A DNA stretch of 63,209 bases, the filler included, from Reticulomyxa filosa (taxonomy: Eukaryota; Protista; Foraminifera): assembly GCA_000512085.1 (NCBI GenBank). It is 16 parts of 16 records of this genome, joined end to end, with 100 filler letters (N's around TTAATTAATTAA, not from the genome) between each part and the next. Parts side by side here need not be neighbours in the genome. Positions count along the whole stretch, not along the records: positions 1 to 12,554 come from ASPP01022538.1; 15 more parts are not named here. The stretch is one strand, 5' to 3'. A program made the translations under genes and the position numbers. Numbering within the stretch: position 1 is the stretch's first letter; every line of letters starts with the position of its first letter. Below, one piece after another: positions 1-12,654 of the stretch. The notes beneath the pieces are model-generated. The model was not told where the DNA came from and did not search any database. It saw only the letters and a program-made list of their open reading frames with translations.

Positions 1-1
1 G

Positions 2-817
2 ACGACGACGACGACGACGACAGCAAGTAGTGCTTCTTCCGGTTCCACATCCGCGGATGCCGCAAGTACAATTGCGGGTGCAAGCACCAGCACAACCGCA
101 AAAGCGACAATGGCGACAACGACGACGGCGGTGCTCGAAAAAGGGTTTTGGAAAGAAATCAAACTTCGTCATGTAAACAACTGGGATAAGAACACCACGT
201 ATTGTGCTGTCCGCGCAAAGTGGAGAATGCAGCAGCACAAAGGTGATGACAAGTCGACCGGTGACAACAAGGACAAAAGTGACACGAAAAGCAAAGACAA
301 TGAGAAAAAGGATTCCAATAAAAGCAGCGAGAGTGATAAGACCTCAGCAGCGACAACAACGACGACGACAACAACGACAACAACAACAACAACGACGACG
401 ACAACAACAACGACAACGACCGCAGCGGCGAGTACAACAGGAAGCGTAGGACAAGGCAGCACGCCAACGGCGAAAGATGCACGTGAGCAAGCACGTTCGT
501 GTATTGAGATGACCATTGAGGTAGTTCACGAGGACGCATTTGCGGCGAATCAAACCCTGCCTTTCATGCAAATACTGTGGAACTCGTGGCTCCAACAACT
601 GAAAGGCGGTGCTGCAAATGGAGCCGACAAAGAGACGGCCGGAGAAAAGTGGTGGTCCGAACTTATCACAAACGTCAATAAGAAATGGAAAGACAAATAC
701 GACACAGATCAAATGTCCTTGTCCACAAGTGCAAATACACATTTGTGGTATTTGTACAATAATCAGACGTGGAACATATCTGTTGTCAATGTGACAGAAG
801 GTTAAGTTATCTATCAA

Positions 818-851
<34 letters not shown>

Positions 852-3800
852 TTATGGAAAAAAAACTTTGATAACAATAGACGAAACTGGTGGGAAAGGC
901 CGCTATCGTGATAACGAGGAATTACGCTATTCACTGCGCAGCGTTTGGCAATTTGCTCCGTGGGTTCGTTATATCTACGTGGTGACGAACGGACAAATCC
1001 CGTATTGGCTCAACTTGGACCATCCCAGAATCAAGGTTGTCACGCACGAACAACTGTTCAAGAACAAGAGCCATTTGCCCACATTTAGCAGTCCATCGAT
1101 TGAAGCTAACTTGCATCGCATCCCTGGTTTGTCTGACCGGTTCGTCTATTTGAACGACGATGTCATGTTTGGCAACGACATATATCCGGACGACTTTTGG
1201 CTGTTGGACGGAACGCAAAAAGTGTTTTTGAGTTGGGAGGTCCCCCGGTGTTCTGACGGCTGTCCGAACAATTGGATCGGCGATGGTTATTGCGACTCTG
1301 CGTGCAACAATGCCGCATGTGACTTTGACGGTGGGGATTGCAACGGCACGGCGGCAGCGTCCGCCGTGCGAGGCCAAGGCAATGCTGAATCAGCCAAAAG
1401 CAAGTCGCGTTACTGCGCCAGCGGGTGTCCGATCACATGGGTGGGAGATAAGGTGTGCGACCGCGCCTGTCAAGACAAGGCATGTGCGTACGACGGAGGC
1501 GACTGCGGATTCCAAATGATGAAAGACCACCAACTCCATGGATTCGTCCTGGACCCCGTTACCGGAAACCATTCCACACACATTATTCCCAAAGATATTC
1601 AAGAGTTTTATATCGATTTGGGTGCTATTTTTTTCCGACCAGGACAAGAGCCCAATTCCACTACCGTTTCAACTGCTGCTGGTGCAGCTACTTCCACTAC
1701 TACTACCACTGCTGCTGCTGCTGCTGCTGTTACTGGGACTAGTACTACATCTATGTCCTCTGCTTCAACCACGGCCCAATCTGAAAGTACAACAACAGCA
1801 ACGTCAACGGCAACGTCAACGTCAACGTCAACGTCAACGGCAACGACAACGATGACGACAATACCAACAGCTTCATCGTCATCCTCAGGCACCACTGCCA
1901 CAAAACATGAAAATGAAAACAAAATCACTCATGCCAGCCACAACCACGAGGAAATGATTCGTCTTGCAGTCGTCACACAAAATGAAAAGATCCTCGCCAT
2001 ATTGCTCCATCCACACGAGGCCATTCAAGACAAGGAAGAGGTCGAATTTGATATTTCCGGAATCAAACACGGAAAAGAGGTCCATTATGTCTTCAAGATA
2101 TTGCGTGAGGCCGGCGCCAAATCACTCAGTCCAGTTTTGTTTTTATTGTTGTTGTTGAAATATATATATATATATGAAAGCAATGACTTGATGTACGCTT
2201 TTATTTTTGCTATATCTTTTTTTATAAAAAAAAAAAAAAAGGAAGCAATGGCAGAGAAATTGGACAAATTGTTGAAAGGCATAAATGTAACGTCAGCAAC
2301 GCAAACACTGACGATAGCCAAAAATGTCACCACGGCTCTTTCTGAACTGTTTGTGAGCGCGAAAGCAAATGAAGCAGCCCAATCGCTGTTGTTTGGCAGA
2401 CTATGGCTGCAAAGCGGAGACAAGATTCTGCATGTTTTGCAACTGATTAATTCCACCGAAATTGTTCAGGTTACACTCATACAGTATTATATGCATGTTG
2501 ATGTATTTATTCATCTTACTTCATACAACGAATACAATACAAATGTGTTTATATTTATATACATATTTATGTGTATATAAACAAACAATATATCAGATGT
2601 ATTACGAATGGGTAAAAGCCAAATTGTCAAAAAATCACAACAAAGAGACAGTTCCATTGGGCAATGCGACGTCCTACAACATCAGTCAATTACTGCCATT
2701 GCTGTCCAAAAACAAACAAGAGGACAAAATGAAAATCGAAAGCGCGGCAGAAAAAATTCAAAAAGAATTGGCCAATTTGAGTGGTCGCAAATTGCTTGAG
2801 ATTGTAGCTGAGGCTCCAGAACGCCATCGCAAATTGGGCGTGCCCTCTGACATCATGGACCTGCTTGTCAAACAGGGATGGATTGACCATAAGGGTGCAT
2901 GGCAGCTGTCCACAAATCACAGAGATTGGACCTTCCTCAATGAACAACCAAACGAAGAAGAGCACGCAGAAAAAGAAGAAGAAGAAGAAGAAGAAGAAGT
3001 GGAGGTAGCGGATCTGGATGCACATACGCACGTCCGTCCAGACACAAACATAGCTGCACAAACACAAACAGGTCCATCCGTGATCATCGATGGCTACGTT
3101 GATGACCAGCGACAAGCCTTTATTCCTCGAGAAGCCTTTGACGAAAAAGAGTCCCAAAGGATACGTAGTATCCAAGAAAAGAAACAAAAACAGTTGGAGG
3201 ATATGCAAAAAACAGAGGCAGAACAAATATACCGAGCCATTACCGAGGTTTTAACCGAAAATGGAATGGTACCATGGCCATGGATTGTCACGCAAATGAC
3301 TGACCATTTAGTTTAACAACAACTTTTTTTTTTTTTGTAGTTGTTGTTCTTCTTTTTCTCTCATTGTTGTTTTTGAATATGTTCAAACTGACTTTGATAA
3401 TCTGTGGCATTGTGTGGTAAGATGAACGAGCGAGAATGGCAGCTTGCCATGAAAGACAACGAAATGAACGTCGCTGGAGCGTCGAACAAACGACGACTGT
3501 TGGATACGTACGGCGATTCATTGCGACACGTGAATAAGCTGTACAATCGACGCTTTGGCGTGGAGACGAGACATGTACCAGCGCATATGCCTCATGCCAT
3601 TGACAAGTATATACTTATCGAATTGATCCACGAGCTTGAAAAAGAGTTTGAACGAAGTTCATCGCATCGCTTCCGCAGTGCTCTGGATATGCAGTGGTCA
3701 TTCAGCTATTACTATTACATGATGAGTGCCACCAAAAAGTCCAACTTGGACATTGACTATATCTACAGTGAGGAGTTGGATTTGGATGGTGATGGCTATT

Positions 3801-5034
3801 TGAATGACTACGAAGAAATGCGATTGGTCGATGAAATATTAATCAAAAATGTGTTACGTAACTTTTTTTTTTTTTTGGCATTACATAATATAAGATATCA
3901 TTGAATTTTTCCATCAAAGAGAAACAAACAAAACAAAACATGTCGCAGCGAGGATGCAAATGCTAACTTGACGCTTTGGAAAGACTTTTTCCATCGTGCG
4001 TTATGGAATATCACACACCAGTTGCACGATTTGACGTATTGGCATCCATTGGATATCACAATATTTAGTGTGAATTACACCGAGGTAATTCGAGAATATC
4101 TGCTGAAACACTTTGGAAAGCGTAAGAAATTCAAATTCAAAAAAGAGGCTTTGGACGAAGTTGAGTTTTACATGATTAAAGATGATTGGGAAGCTGTAGA
4201 AAAGCGATTGAAAGGTATTTATGAAAAAAAGCCGAAATTCATGTGTTTGAATGATGACATGCCACATGACAAAGACCCGTCCAATGAAACCATGCACTTG
4301 TTGCACTCTTTTTTATATCAATATTTTCCATATCCTTCACCTTTTGAACTTCGTGATCCTAAACAACGCAACTTGTACTTGCATGTTCAGGAATACAAGG
4401 AGAAGGTATTTTTTTTTTTTTGATTGGGTTGAGGACAAACAAATATGTATGTACATATACATATATGAATATATAATAGGGTTTATGGAAAAAACAATGG
4501 GACTTGAATACAAAAGAACCTTTCGACGATAAAAAAGAACACCAAAAAGCAGCCACATTGAATCAGTACAAAAGTAAACGGAAAAAATTGCGCAAGAGTG
4601 GTTTGTTGAATGCCGAGTATTATTATCTCGGTCGAGACAAAGACAAAAACAAAAATATTGAGTCTAACAATATTCCTGGCAATGTGTATCGTGAAAATGC
4701 CAATGCCATTATTCAAACCAACAAAAACAAAGAGCAATTCAGAAATATATTTTATCGCTTATTTGTGAGATTTAGTCGACGCATTGGATGGCTATGGAGT
4801 GTGCTCTTGATGTCTTTCATTGTGTCTGTCGTCTTATTTGTATTACTTTCTATCATTGATCAGTGTTATCACTGCATATGGTCTTATGCCTTTATGAGCA
4901 CTGTGAGCGACAATGAAAGTGGAGGAGCCTCCTTTCAATCGCGGCTTAAAAGAAAATTGCAACAGTGCTGTCAATACGTCTCGCTGTCTTATTGGAAGAA
5001 ACATTGGCTCCAACGAAATCGAAGAGATGATTAA
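2..5034 (+). CDS. GNPTAB: GlcNAc-1-phosphotransferase alpha/beta precursor-like Stealth-family protein (multi-exon, 5' truncated)
   Basis: Stealth CR2 RYRDNEELRYSLRSVWQFAPWVRYIYVVTNGQIPYWL...PTFSSPSIEANLHRIPGLSDRFVYLNDD; two LNR/Notch repeats (CSDGCPNNWIGDGYCDSACNNAACDFDGGDC; CASGCPITWVGDKVCDRACQDKACAYDGGDC); CR3 DTYGDSLRHVNKLYNRRFG...VPAHMPH; EF-hand DLDGDGYLNDYE; CR4 KFMCLNDD...YFPYPSPFEL; C-terminal TM helix. Inferred introns include 801-880, 2134-2241 and 4406-4479. The frame is open from base 2, so CR1 and the N-terminal TM lie outside the window. Confidence 0.93.
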
Positions 5035-5590
5035 TGAAAAATTAATTGTTCGCGTGTATTTGTTTTTTGTTTTCGTATTGTTTCTTTGCAAGTATTTTTT
5101 TAGCAAGTAATGCGAACACTGACCTTTTTTTTTGTGTCGCTCTTGCAACCTTTCTGTTGCCATTATTTTTTGTTTTGTTTTGTATTGAAGGATTGAAGGA
5201 GTTTGTTCATCCGTTTATTTTCCGCTTTGTGTTCTGTCTATCATAATTAAAGCACAACAAATAAAAAAAACTATTCCCAAATTGTTTATTTCAGCATTTT
5301 TTGATCATTTTGTTGTGTCAGTACTTTAAATACATAAGTGAAGCTCATTTGCATATCTCACTATTGAAGATAACCAAACCATTATCTCATAGACTAGTAG
5401 TCTATTCATAGGTCTCAAGTAGATATCTGCTTCTTTTACAAAAAATGTTTTGGTACATAAAAATCAATTAGATGTGGTCTTATGAAGGTTGCAAAATATT
5501 CAAAATAAAGAATAGAATTGACTAAGTTTAATCAATTTCGTAGAAAGGATCATAAGGAAGTAAGTATTTGGTTGACAGGTATATAAAAAA

Positions 5591-6476
5591 TTAAGCGAAA
5601 CAAATCGCAAAAAAAACGCCCATGAATATCCAAAACCAGAACAAAATATTTGACTCAAAACGAGGCATGTTTCGATTGATTTTGAGTGCTCCACAGTTTT
5701 GTTCGTTTTGACTTTGAACATAGTCCGTAATATGATCAGGCACAACCAGCTGATTTTTTTGTGAAGGTTCATCCGATTTTGGGACTCCCAGTTCTATTTG
5801 AAATGGGACTTTCACACTTGGATTGGTAGGATTGATATCCTAAACGAAGTCGGTATTTTTGGACATAAACAAAGCAAAAAAAAAAGTGTTTATTTTTGTT
5901 GTGACAAAACAGAAAATTAAAAAAGACTGACAGTCAATTTTTGAATTCGGGTAATCATTAATTGGACAACAGTTGTGCCGGTTAATTCGGTTTCATTGGG
6001 TTCTCTGACTTGATCATACCGACCAGCAATTATATGGTCAGTAATAACTTTTAGTGCATACAGTTTTTTTTTTTGTCTTGAATAATCACGGCATTTCCAT
6101 AGATATTTATTCCTTGGAAATGTGTAGAATAACACGAAATCCCATCTATACGTGAAATGCATAAGCAGACGGGAATACCACCACTTACAGTTTTTAACAT
6201 GCGAGACGAAACACTGCCATGAAAGTATATCGCTTTTTTTTCTCTATCAAACCCATACAGCGTTGGTATAAGGAATGGTTGCAATTTCACTTCTTTCTCG
6301 CTTTGCTCTTCTGTGTTTTTCGTTGGAAGACGTGTCATAAAACCAACACGACATAAATATGTCTTATGCAATACATCAAGCACCTCTTTATCTGCGAAGA
6401 TATCATCAATTGTGGCCATGTCAATATGAATCAAATATCTTTTTTAACAGACAGGTAACCCTTTGAGCAAGCTCAT
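5591..6476 (-). pseudogene. Pyridoxamine 5'-phosphate oxidase-like / NimA-type flavin-binding split-barrel protein, disrupted
   Basis: LCRVGF...QPFLIPTLYG...IYFHGSVSSRMLK...PVCLCISRIDG and ALKVITDHIIAGRYDQVREPNETEL match the Pyridox_ox_2-type family. There is a frameshift at a poly-A run (~6065-6075), an in-frame TAA just after the putative ATG at 6476, and the usual HHSxNYRS and WAG motifs are eroded. Confidence 0.6.
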
Positions 6477-6747
6477 TTAGCAACAGAAAGGCATAGTAAA
6501 AGTAATTGAATAGATTGAACCCTTACCAGTGTCCCCTAGCATCGCAAGTAAGTTTCTCGAATATTTTATTTTGATCGAGGTCAAGTGCAAACTCGGCCAG
6601 AGAGGAGCAAACACATGATTATATAAAATCAAATGCCGAAATTCTTCTTTTATGTGCAAATAAAAACAAAGGCAAAATACATGACATAATTAATTCATTT
6701 TAAATCATGAACGTTGGTAACGATTTCACAAAGACAACTTTAAACGT

Positions 6748-7955
6748 CTACTCAATTTTTATCTTCTCACTATCCAGACTTTCAAAACAAGTCGCAAATC
6801 CATTGAATGTATAAGAGCTGATGCCATGGTCGACTAAATTTTTTTTAATTTTCTCTTCATCGTTCAACAACAGCTGACGCCATTCAGGAAAGTTAAAAAT
6901 TAAGTTTGTGACCATAGCAGTATTGTTCCAATCCTCAGTGGCTAAGAGCAGAGAATGAAGGGCATCGCAATCTTGCTTACTGGGACTATAAAATGTATCT
7001 CTTGTAATTTCCTTATTAGGAACAATACGGCAATGGATCATTTTTGTAAAAATCATCGTCCCGTTCACTGCCTCACACGCAATTTTACCAACTTCTTTGT
7101 TATAAAATTCAACATATGCATAGCCCAGAGATTTTCCCTGTCAACATTATTACCATTATTATTATTATTAGTTGGCATTTTTTTTTCGAAAAGTCACACC
7201 ACCGAAACACAAATGAAAATATGCCCAAGAATAATTGTCCAGAACACAAAGAGAGACAAACAGATCAAATGAAACAAAGTCACAACGTAACAAATTTTTC
7301 TCGTTTAAGAACACAACGAGAGACCGCTCCAAATTGAGTGAAAAAATTTCCAAGTCCTTTTTCTTCCAAACTTTCAGGGAGGTTTGTTATTTCAATCACG
7401 CTTCTCTCCTTTTGCTATTCAAGACGGAAAAGGGGGGGAGACCAAAAAATTCTTATCTGAACTTTTCTTTTGCGCTCAATAAATGGTGGTTACAATGTAT
7501 GTAGCTCTCTTTTTTAACTTTATCCTTGGATAATACGTAATTCTGTCTTTCTTTTTTGATAAAAACTCTTGGCTTGAATTTTTTTTTGCCCGTTTTCTTG
7601 GCTTTGGTTTTTGGTTTTGGTTTTGGTTTTGATTTTGATTTTGATTTTGATTTTGATTTTGATTTTGAGTTTGTGTTTGTCTTTGTGTTTGTTTTCGTGT
7701 CTGTTTCGGCTTTTTCTTTTGTGCTTGTTTTTGCTTTCTTTTTTTGAGGCTCAGCCTTTGCCTGATTTTTCGTGGCGGATTTCACATCGCTTTCCTTGGC
7801 TTGTTTCCAAGTTCTTTTTTTCTGTGATTTTCATTCATTGGATATCACCCCTTGTTTTGTACTACAACGAGAGGATAAAAGTAGGAAAAATAACTTTCAA
7901 GGCTGCCTTTGCTTTGTTTGTTATTGAGTTGAGTGCGTTTCCACTGATTCCACTT
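6748..7955 (-). CDS. NIFK/Nop15-like nucleolar RRM protein with Lys-rich N-terminus (multi-exon; start uncertain)
   Basis: Splicing across ~7138-7292 gives ERSVIEITNLPESLEEKGLGNFFTQFGAVSRCVLKREKF|GKSLGYAYVEFYNKEVGKIACEAVNGTMIFTKMIHCRIVP. This has RNP2/RNP1 and the 'VAKIxAExMN' pattern of NIFK/Nop15. A KS/KP-repeat exon lies at ~7500-7820. Confidence 0.75.
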
Positions 7956-8369
7956 TCTATGTTTCAAAAATGAACAACAAATCCTTGCAATCATATACAA
8001 CAAATATCATGAATAGATTTCCACATCAACATTACCCTCGTCATTCATCTGTTTGCTTGTTTATTCCTCAAAATCAAAATTTTTTTTTTAGATTTGTCGA
8101 AGCTCTTTCGAAAAAGACCGACAAAATTGTTTTACACTAGAAAATCTTTTCACAAATATCTTAAAAAGACAAATATAATAACGGTAAAGTAAATAACATT
8201 GAATTTGTATTCAAAGCACCTTTTAACTCAAGGGCTGGGCCTCAAGGAAAGTTGAAAATTAAAGCGATTCTTGTATTTACTCGAAATAAAATATTTTGAA
8301 TAAAAGATCATGATAATGACAACAAAGAATAAGCCAAACAATATCTTAAAAAAATGTGCCAAGATTGGG

Positions 8370-9436
8370 TCAAATAGTTTGCATTTTTCCAACTTTTTGG
8401 AGTACTTGTTTCCATCGTTGTTTTTTGGAAGGCCTATGAGTTTTCGGCGCAGCTTTGATTTTTTTATTTTGAATAAATTTGTTTTTGGAATTTCCTTTCA
8501 ATTTTTGGGTGAGCTGCTTCATATTCTTGTAATGAGCTTCTTCCCTAGCAGCATTACCAGAGCGAGCAAAGTCATCAAAATACTCTTTAGATGACATGTG
8601 TGTATTTTTCTTGGATCGACCCATTTTGGTGCCCCCACCACTTTTTCCGTACTTCATGTCCTTCATTATGCGACGCATATTGGGTTTCTTCTTTTTCTCA
8701 TTTTCTTTTTTCTGTAAATACTCGCGTCGACTTTGTCGCAATATCTCTTGCAAACTTTTATCACTGCGATTGGAACCTTGTTTTTTAGGTTATAAACAAA
8801 ATGAGCGCAATTCCGTGTGGTTTTTTTTAATCAAAAAAAAAACAAACAAACTGTTTTTCCAAGTTTCAATTGCATTCAATTCTTCCTTTTCTCTTGCACT
8901 GCTGGCTTTATTTTTTTCAAACATCATTTGTTTATGGAACTTTGTCAGCCTGCTGTTTTTCTTTCTCGCTTCAACAACGCCAATTTTTTTCTTTTCCCAT
9001 AAAATTCGTGCTTTGACACGCGCCATATGTTGATCGGATTTCAACATCTCCGCGTAAAAATCATTCGGACGACGGTAAGGGATTTGTAAGTCATTTAGGC
9101 GATCCAAACTGTCTTTGACACAGTCCAGTGTCATTTGATAGAAGGCCACTTCTCTTTGCAAATCATTGTTTGCATTTTTTATTTCGCTGCGTTGAGCGGT
9201 CACGCATTCCAGTGTTTCGATCCACGGTAAACTACTCGTCTTTTGTTGTATCTCTTGCAGTTTTTCTGTTAACACTTTTGGGTCACATAACGGTTTTTTT
9301 TTTTAATTAGCAATGGAGGCTTGCTTGGGTCGGTTGTCACTATTGCCACATTATCTCCTAGATCCTTTGCTGCTGCTTCCCAATCTATATTATCAAGTTC
9401 CCAAGGCTGTTGGTTTTCGATAATATCCGTCGACAT
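8370..9436 (-). CDS. EBP2: rRNA-processing protein Ebp2
   Basis: LPWIETL...DLQREVAFYQ...LQIPYRRPNDFYAEMLKSDQHMARVKARIL matches the Ebp2 signature, followed by a basic C-terminus with KDMKYG and RPSKKQR. ATG at 9436, an apparent 1-nt slip in the A11 run at 9294-9304, and an intron at ~8778-8851. Confidence 0.9.
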
Positions 9437-12400
9437 TATAATCAATTTCCCGTTTATTCACTATTATTCTTCGAAATCTAAAAACCGACCTTGCTTCCTT
9501 GTTCACTTTGTTTTTGCATTGTCTCAATTTGTCGCTGGAAAATCTTCAGTACCGTACAAGCAGACTAGGAGACTTGCGTTCAGCAAGTTTTTGAGCGCGA
9601 CTACAAAGCTTAACTATAAGATAACAGCATTTCATTGAATGAACTTGAAAAATCTTATAATTTTGTATGATGAAAATTTTTTAAAATGAGAAATAGTATG
9701 TGAAAAAGTCGCATTGTGATCAAATAAAAAAAATAATTTGAGTTGTTTAGCCAATGAACTTAAAATGTTTTTATGTATTGACGTCAAACTTTTGCTTTAA
9801 CATATTGAACATCAATACTTTCAATTGCAGACGAATGCCGGCATCAGCACGTCAGATAAATACACAATATATTGCGTCTGCTTGTGTCGTTTTTATTGTC
9901 TTGTAGCACACTTTTGATATCAATAACCAAGTCATGTATCACTTTTGCAAACGGACTAGCAAAGGACGTTAATCTTTTTTCTTTCGTAGTGATGTGTGAC
10001 ATGCATTGTCGGATGTCTTGTCAGAATATTGATGGATGCAACATTTGATTTTAAGTTGGTTGCATTCATAAACTTATGATATTTGTTAGATAATGCGAAT
10101 AACGATGGACTGTAGCAGTTGTCAAGACTATGTAGCCCATTTGTATGATAGTGATAATAATATATCAAATTGTAAGAACTTGACAAAAATGTGATATATA
10201 ACTAAATGTAAAATATTCAACATTACGCAAAGATTGCAGAAAACTTCAACCTTCCAATTGAAAGACAATCACCAGAATATATATGATACAAAAAGTATTA
10301 TTATAACGTGAGGATATCAAGTATTATTTAAGTGTATATTTTTTTTATGTGCTTGTTAAAAAAAATAAAATTTTCACAAAAATATAGATCAAAGTTGTTT
10401 AGTGTTATCATAGCTACAACAAAAATCAATTAAAAAAATTAAAATTTAAATTACACTTTTCTTTCTTTTTTTTCATTTCTTAATTTTTTTCATTATTCTT
10501 TTTTTCACAATACTTATAAAAAATTTCACTTTCTTTTTTTTTACTTACTTTTTTCTTTATACATTCATTAATACTAACTTTTACAGTATTTTTTAAAAAA
10601 TCACATACGTTGCTGGTATCTTTGTTTTACTGGACATTTATATAACGTACAAACAAACAAATTATTTTATATATTTTTTAAGAACAAACATAACGTACAT
10701 AATAAGTGTATACAAGCTCCAATTTACATTTTTTCATCTATGAGAAAAATACTAAATATTTTTTTCTTTGAGTTATGGATGTGATGAAATATATAACTTT
10801 TTACGATTGTGAATTTATATATAATCAAGTACATACACAATCACATTTTACGACAAATAAGTATATATATAAATAAAAGCATACAAACTTTGTTTCTACT
10901 TCGAAAATGTGTGTATTTCAATTAAATTTGTTTTTTTTTGTAGAATTAGATATTGTAGATTTGAACATTCTTTGTGGAAAGAGAATTCATATTATAAAAC
11001 GTAATATATTATTATTTTTTTAAAAAAGATAAAAACAAAACTTGTTTACTACTTTAGGAGACTGAACTGCATTATAAACTTATTCTTTTTTTTTCAATTA
11101 CAGCGAACCATATTGTAAATAAAATACAAAACTATAATTTATATTTTGACTAAAACAAAAATAAACTTGGTTAAAAATTGTTTAATTTATCATTGTAGTT
11201 GTGGTTACTGCAAAATCAGTATCACTATAGATACAACACAATAGTTTGTTTTTCGTTTTTATTGTTTTCATGATAGTTGCAATATTCTATTATTAATAAT
11301 GTATACAACACAAATTAAAATAATTATAGCATATTTAAAAAAAAAACAAAAAAATTTTATATTTCTAAAAATTGATAACATATATAAATATAATTTGTAA
11401 CTGAAAAATGTTAAGTCGCTAATATTGAATAGACTACGCTGTTTGTATATTTGGACATATATATAATTTTTGTATTTTTGATCGGAGATTGCGCGATATT
11501 ATTGAATGTCTTATAAATAAAAGATATTGTTGTGTGGACATTTGCATTAACACTGCAATATTTCCAACAATAATAATACAATAAAGCCTTGTTTTTGAAC
11601 TTATTCTTTATAGAAATTATAACGTACGATCTTCACAAATTGATCAACGCTTTGCTATTAGTTCCAGCAAGATGATCATGTTCACTTCATCGATCAGTGT
11701 CTAGAGTCTATTGTACACATATATAAAAAACATATTTTTTTAATAAAAAAAATAAGTTAAAATAAATTTTTTGTATCTTTTCACTGAACATGTGTTCAGT
11801 CGACTGTAATTACAAGTAGTTGCGTCGTTTCACTGGTTATGACAGCCAACATCACAAATTCATTTGTGGTCAACTTGCGCATAATGTACATGAATTTTGA
11901 ACAACGTGCCGACATGTCCGCAAATGTAATATTTTTGTTTTAACATAAATTATTTTTCGTTGTTGTTTTTTAGGAAAAAATTAATTTAAGTGATAAAATG
12001 AGAAAAATAGCTCTTTTTTTAATGATCGCGCAAATCCATCAATAAGTGCATAACCAACAATCGTTCTCCAGAAATGCCACTAAACTTTGAATAGTCTAAT
12101 GACTATTCATTTGTAATGTATTTTTTCGGAGACATGTCACATAAATTCACATAAAGAGCAAACACGACTTGTTCAATGCAAAAAAAAAATGGTCTATTCT
12201 CATTCTGAAGGAAAAATATATACATACAATATTAGTAAAGGACATCGACTGCAATTATATTGATCAATTACCTTTTGACTGGCTTGACACATTCGATCTA
12301 GTGTAATTTCTTTTTCATTTCAATCTAAATCCGCTTTGATCCAATGGGCAACCTCTGGTGTTATCTGTGCATTGCTCATTATTCAATCTCCAATTATAAT

Positions 12401-12554
12401 CAATCAATTAATATGGATATACAATATGTATTAGTTGAAGGTTCTAAGGTCAAAAACGCTATTTTTCCTTTCTTCAAAGAAGCAGAACAATTACAATAAA
12501 TTTTACAGGAAAATGTTTTGTTTGAATCTATTAGTTTTTGCTTCAGTGAGCATA

Positions 12555-12654
12555 NNNNNNNNNNNNNNNNNNNNNNNNNNNNNNNNNNNNNNNNNNNNTT
12601 AATTAATTAANNNNNNNNNNNNNNNNNNNNNNNNNNNNNNNNNNNNNNNNNNNN
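12555..12654. other. Artificial contig spacer N44-TTAATTAATTAA-N44 (first of 15)
   Basis: An identical 100-bp unit occurs at 12555, 21262, 30517, 32019, 33278, 34475, 39377, 41447, 42547, 51689, 53657, 56851, 58024, 59780 and 61797. The 12-mer puts stops in all six frames. Confidence 0.99.

Noticed and set aside
159-1928. Overlapping antisense and alternate-frame ORFs (poly-V, poly-L, poly-C, QR repeats)
   Set aside because: Shadows of trinucleotide repeats encoding Thr/Ala runs in GNPTAB; the same applies at 34823-35926 and 54356-55763.
7605-7670. (TTTTGG)n/(TTTTGA)n as an interstitial telomere
   Set aside because: It encodes the KP/KS repeats of the Lys-rich exon of the RRM gene.
9950-10190. 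Kinase-like fragment ILMDATFDFKLVAF
   Set aside because: No HRD, DFG or APE context; could be chance.
11640-12400. Short coding-like minus-strand islands (e.g. MSNAQITPEVAHWIKADLD*)
   Set aside because: Possibly pseudogene debris, but no family is recognisable and no consistent model could be built.
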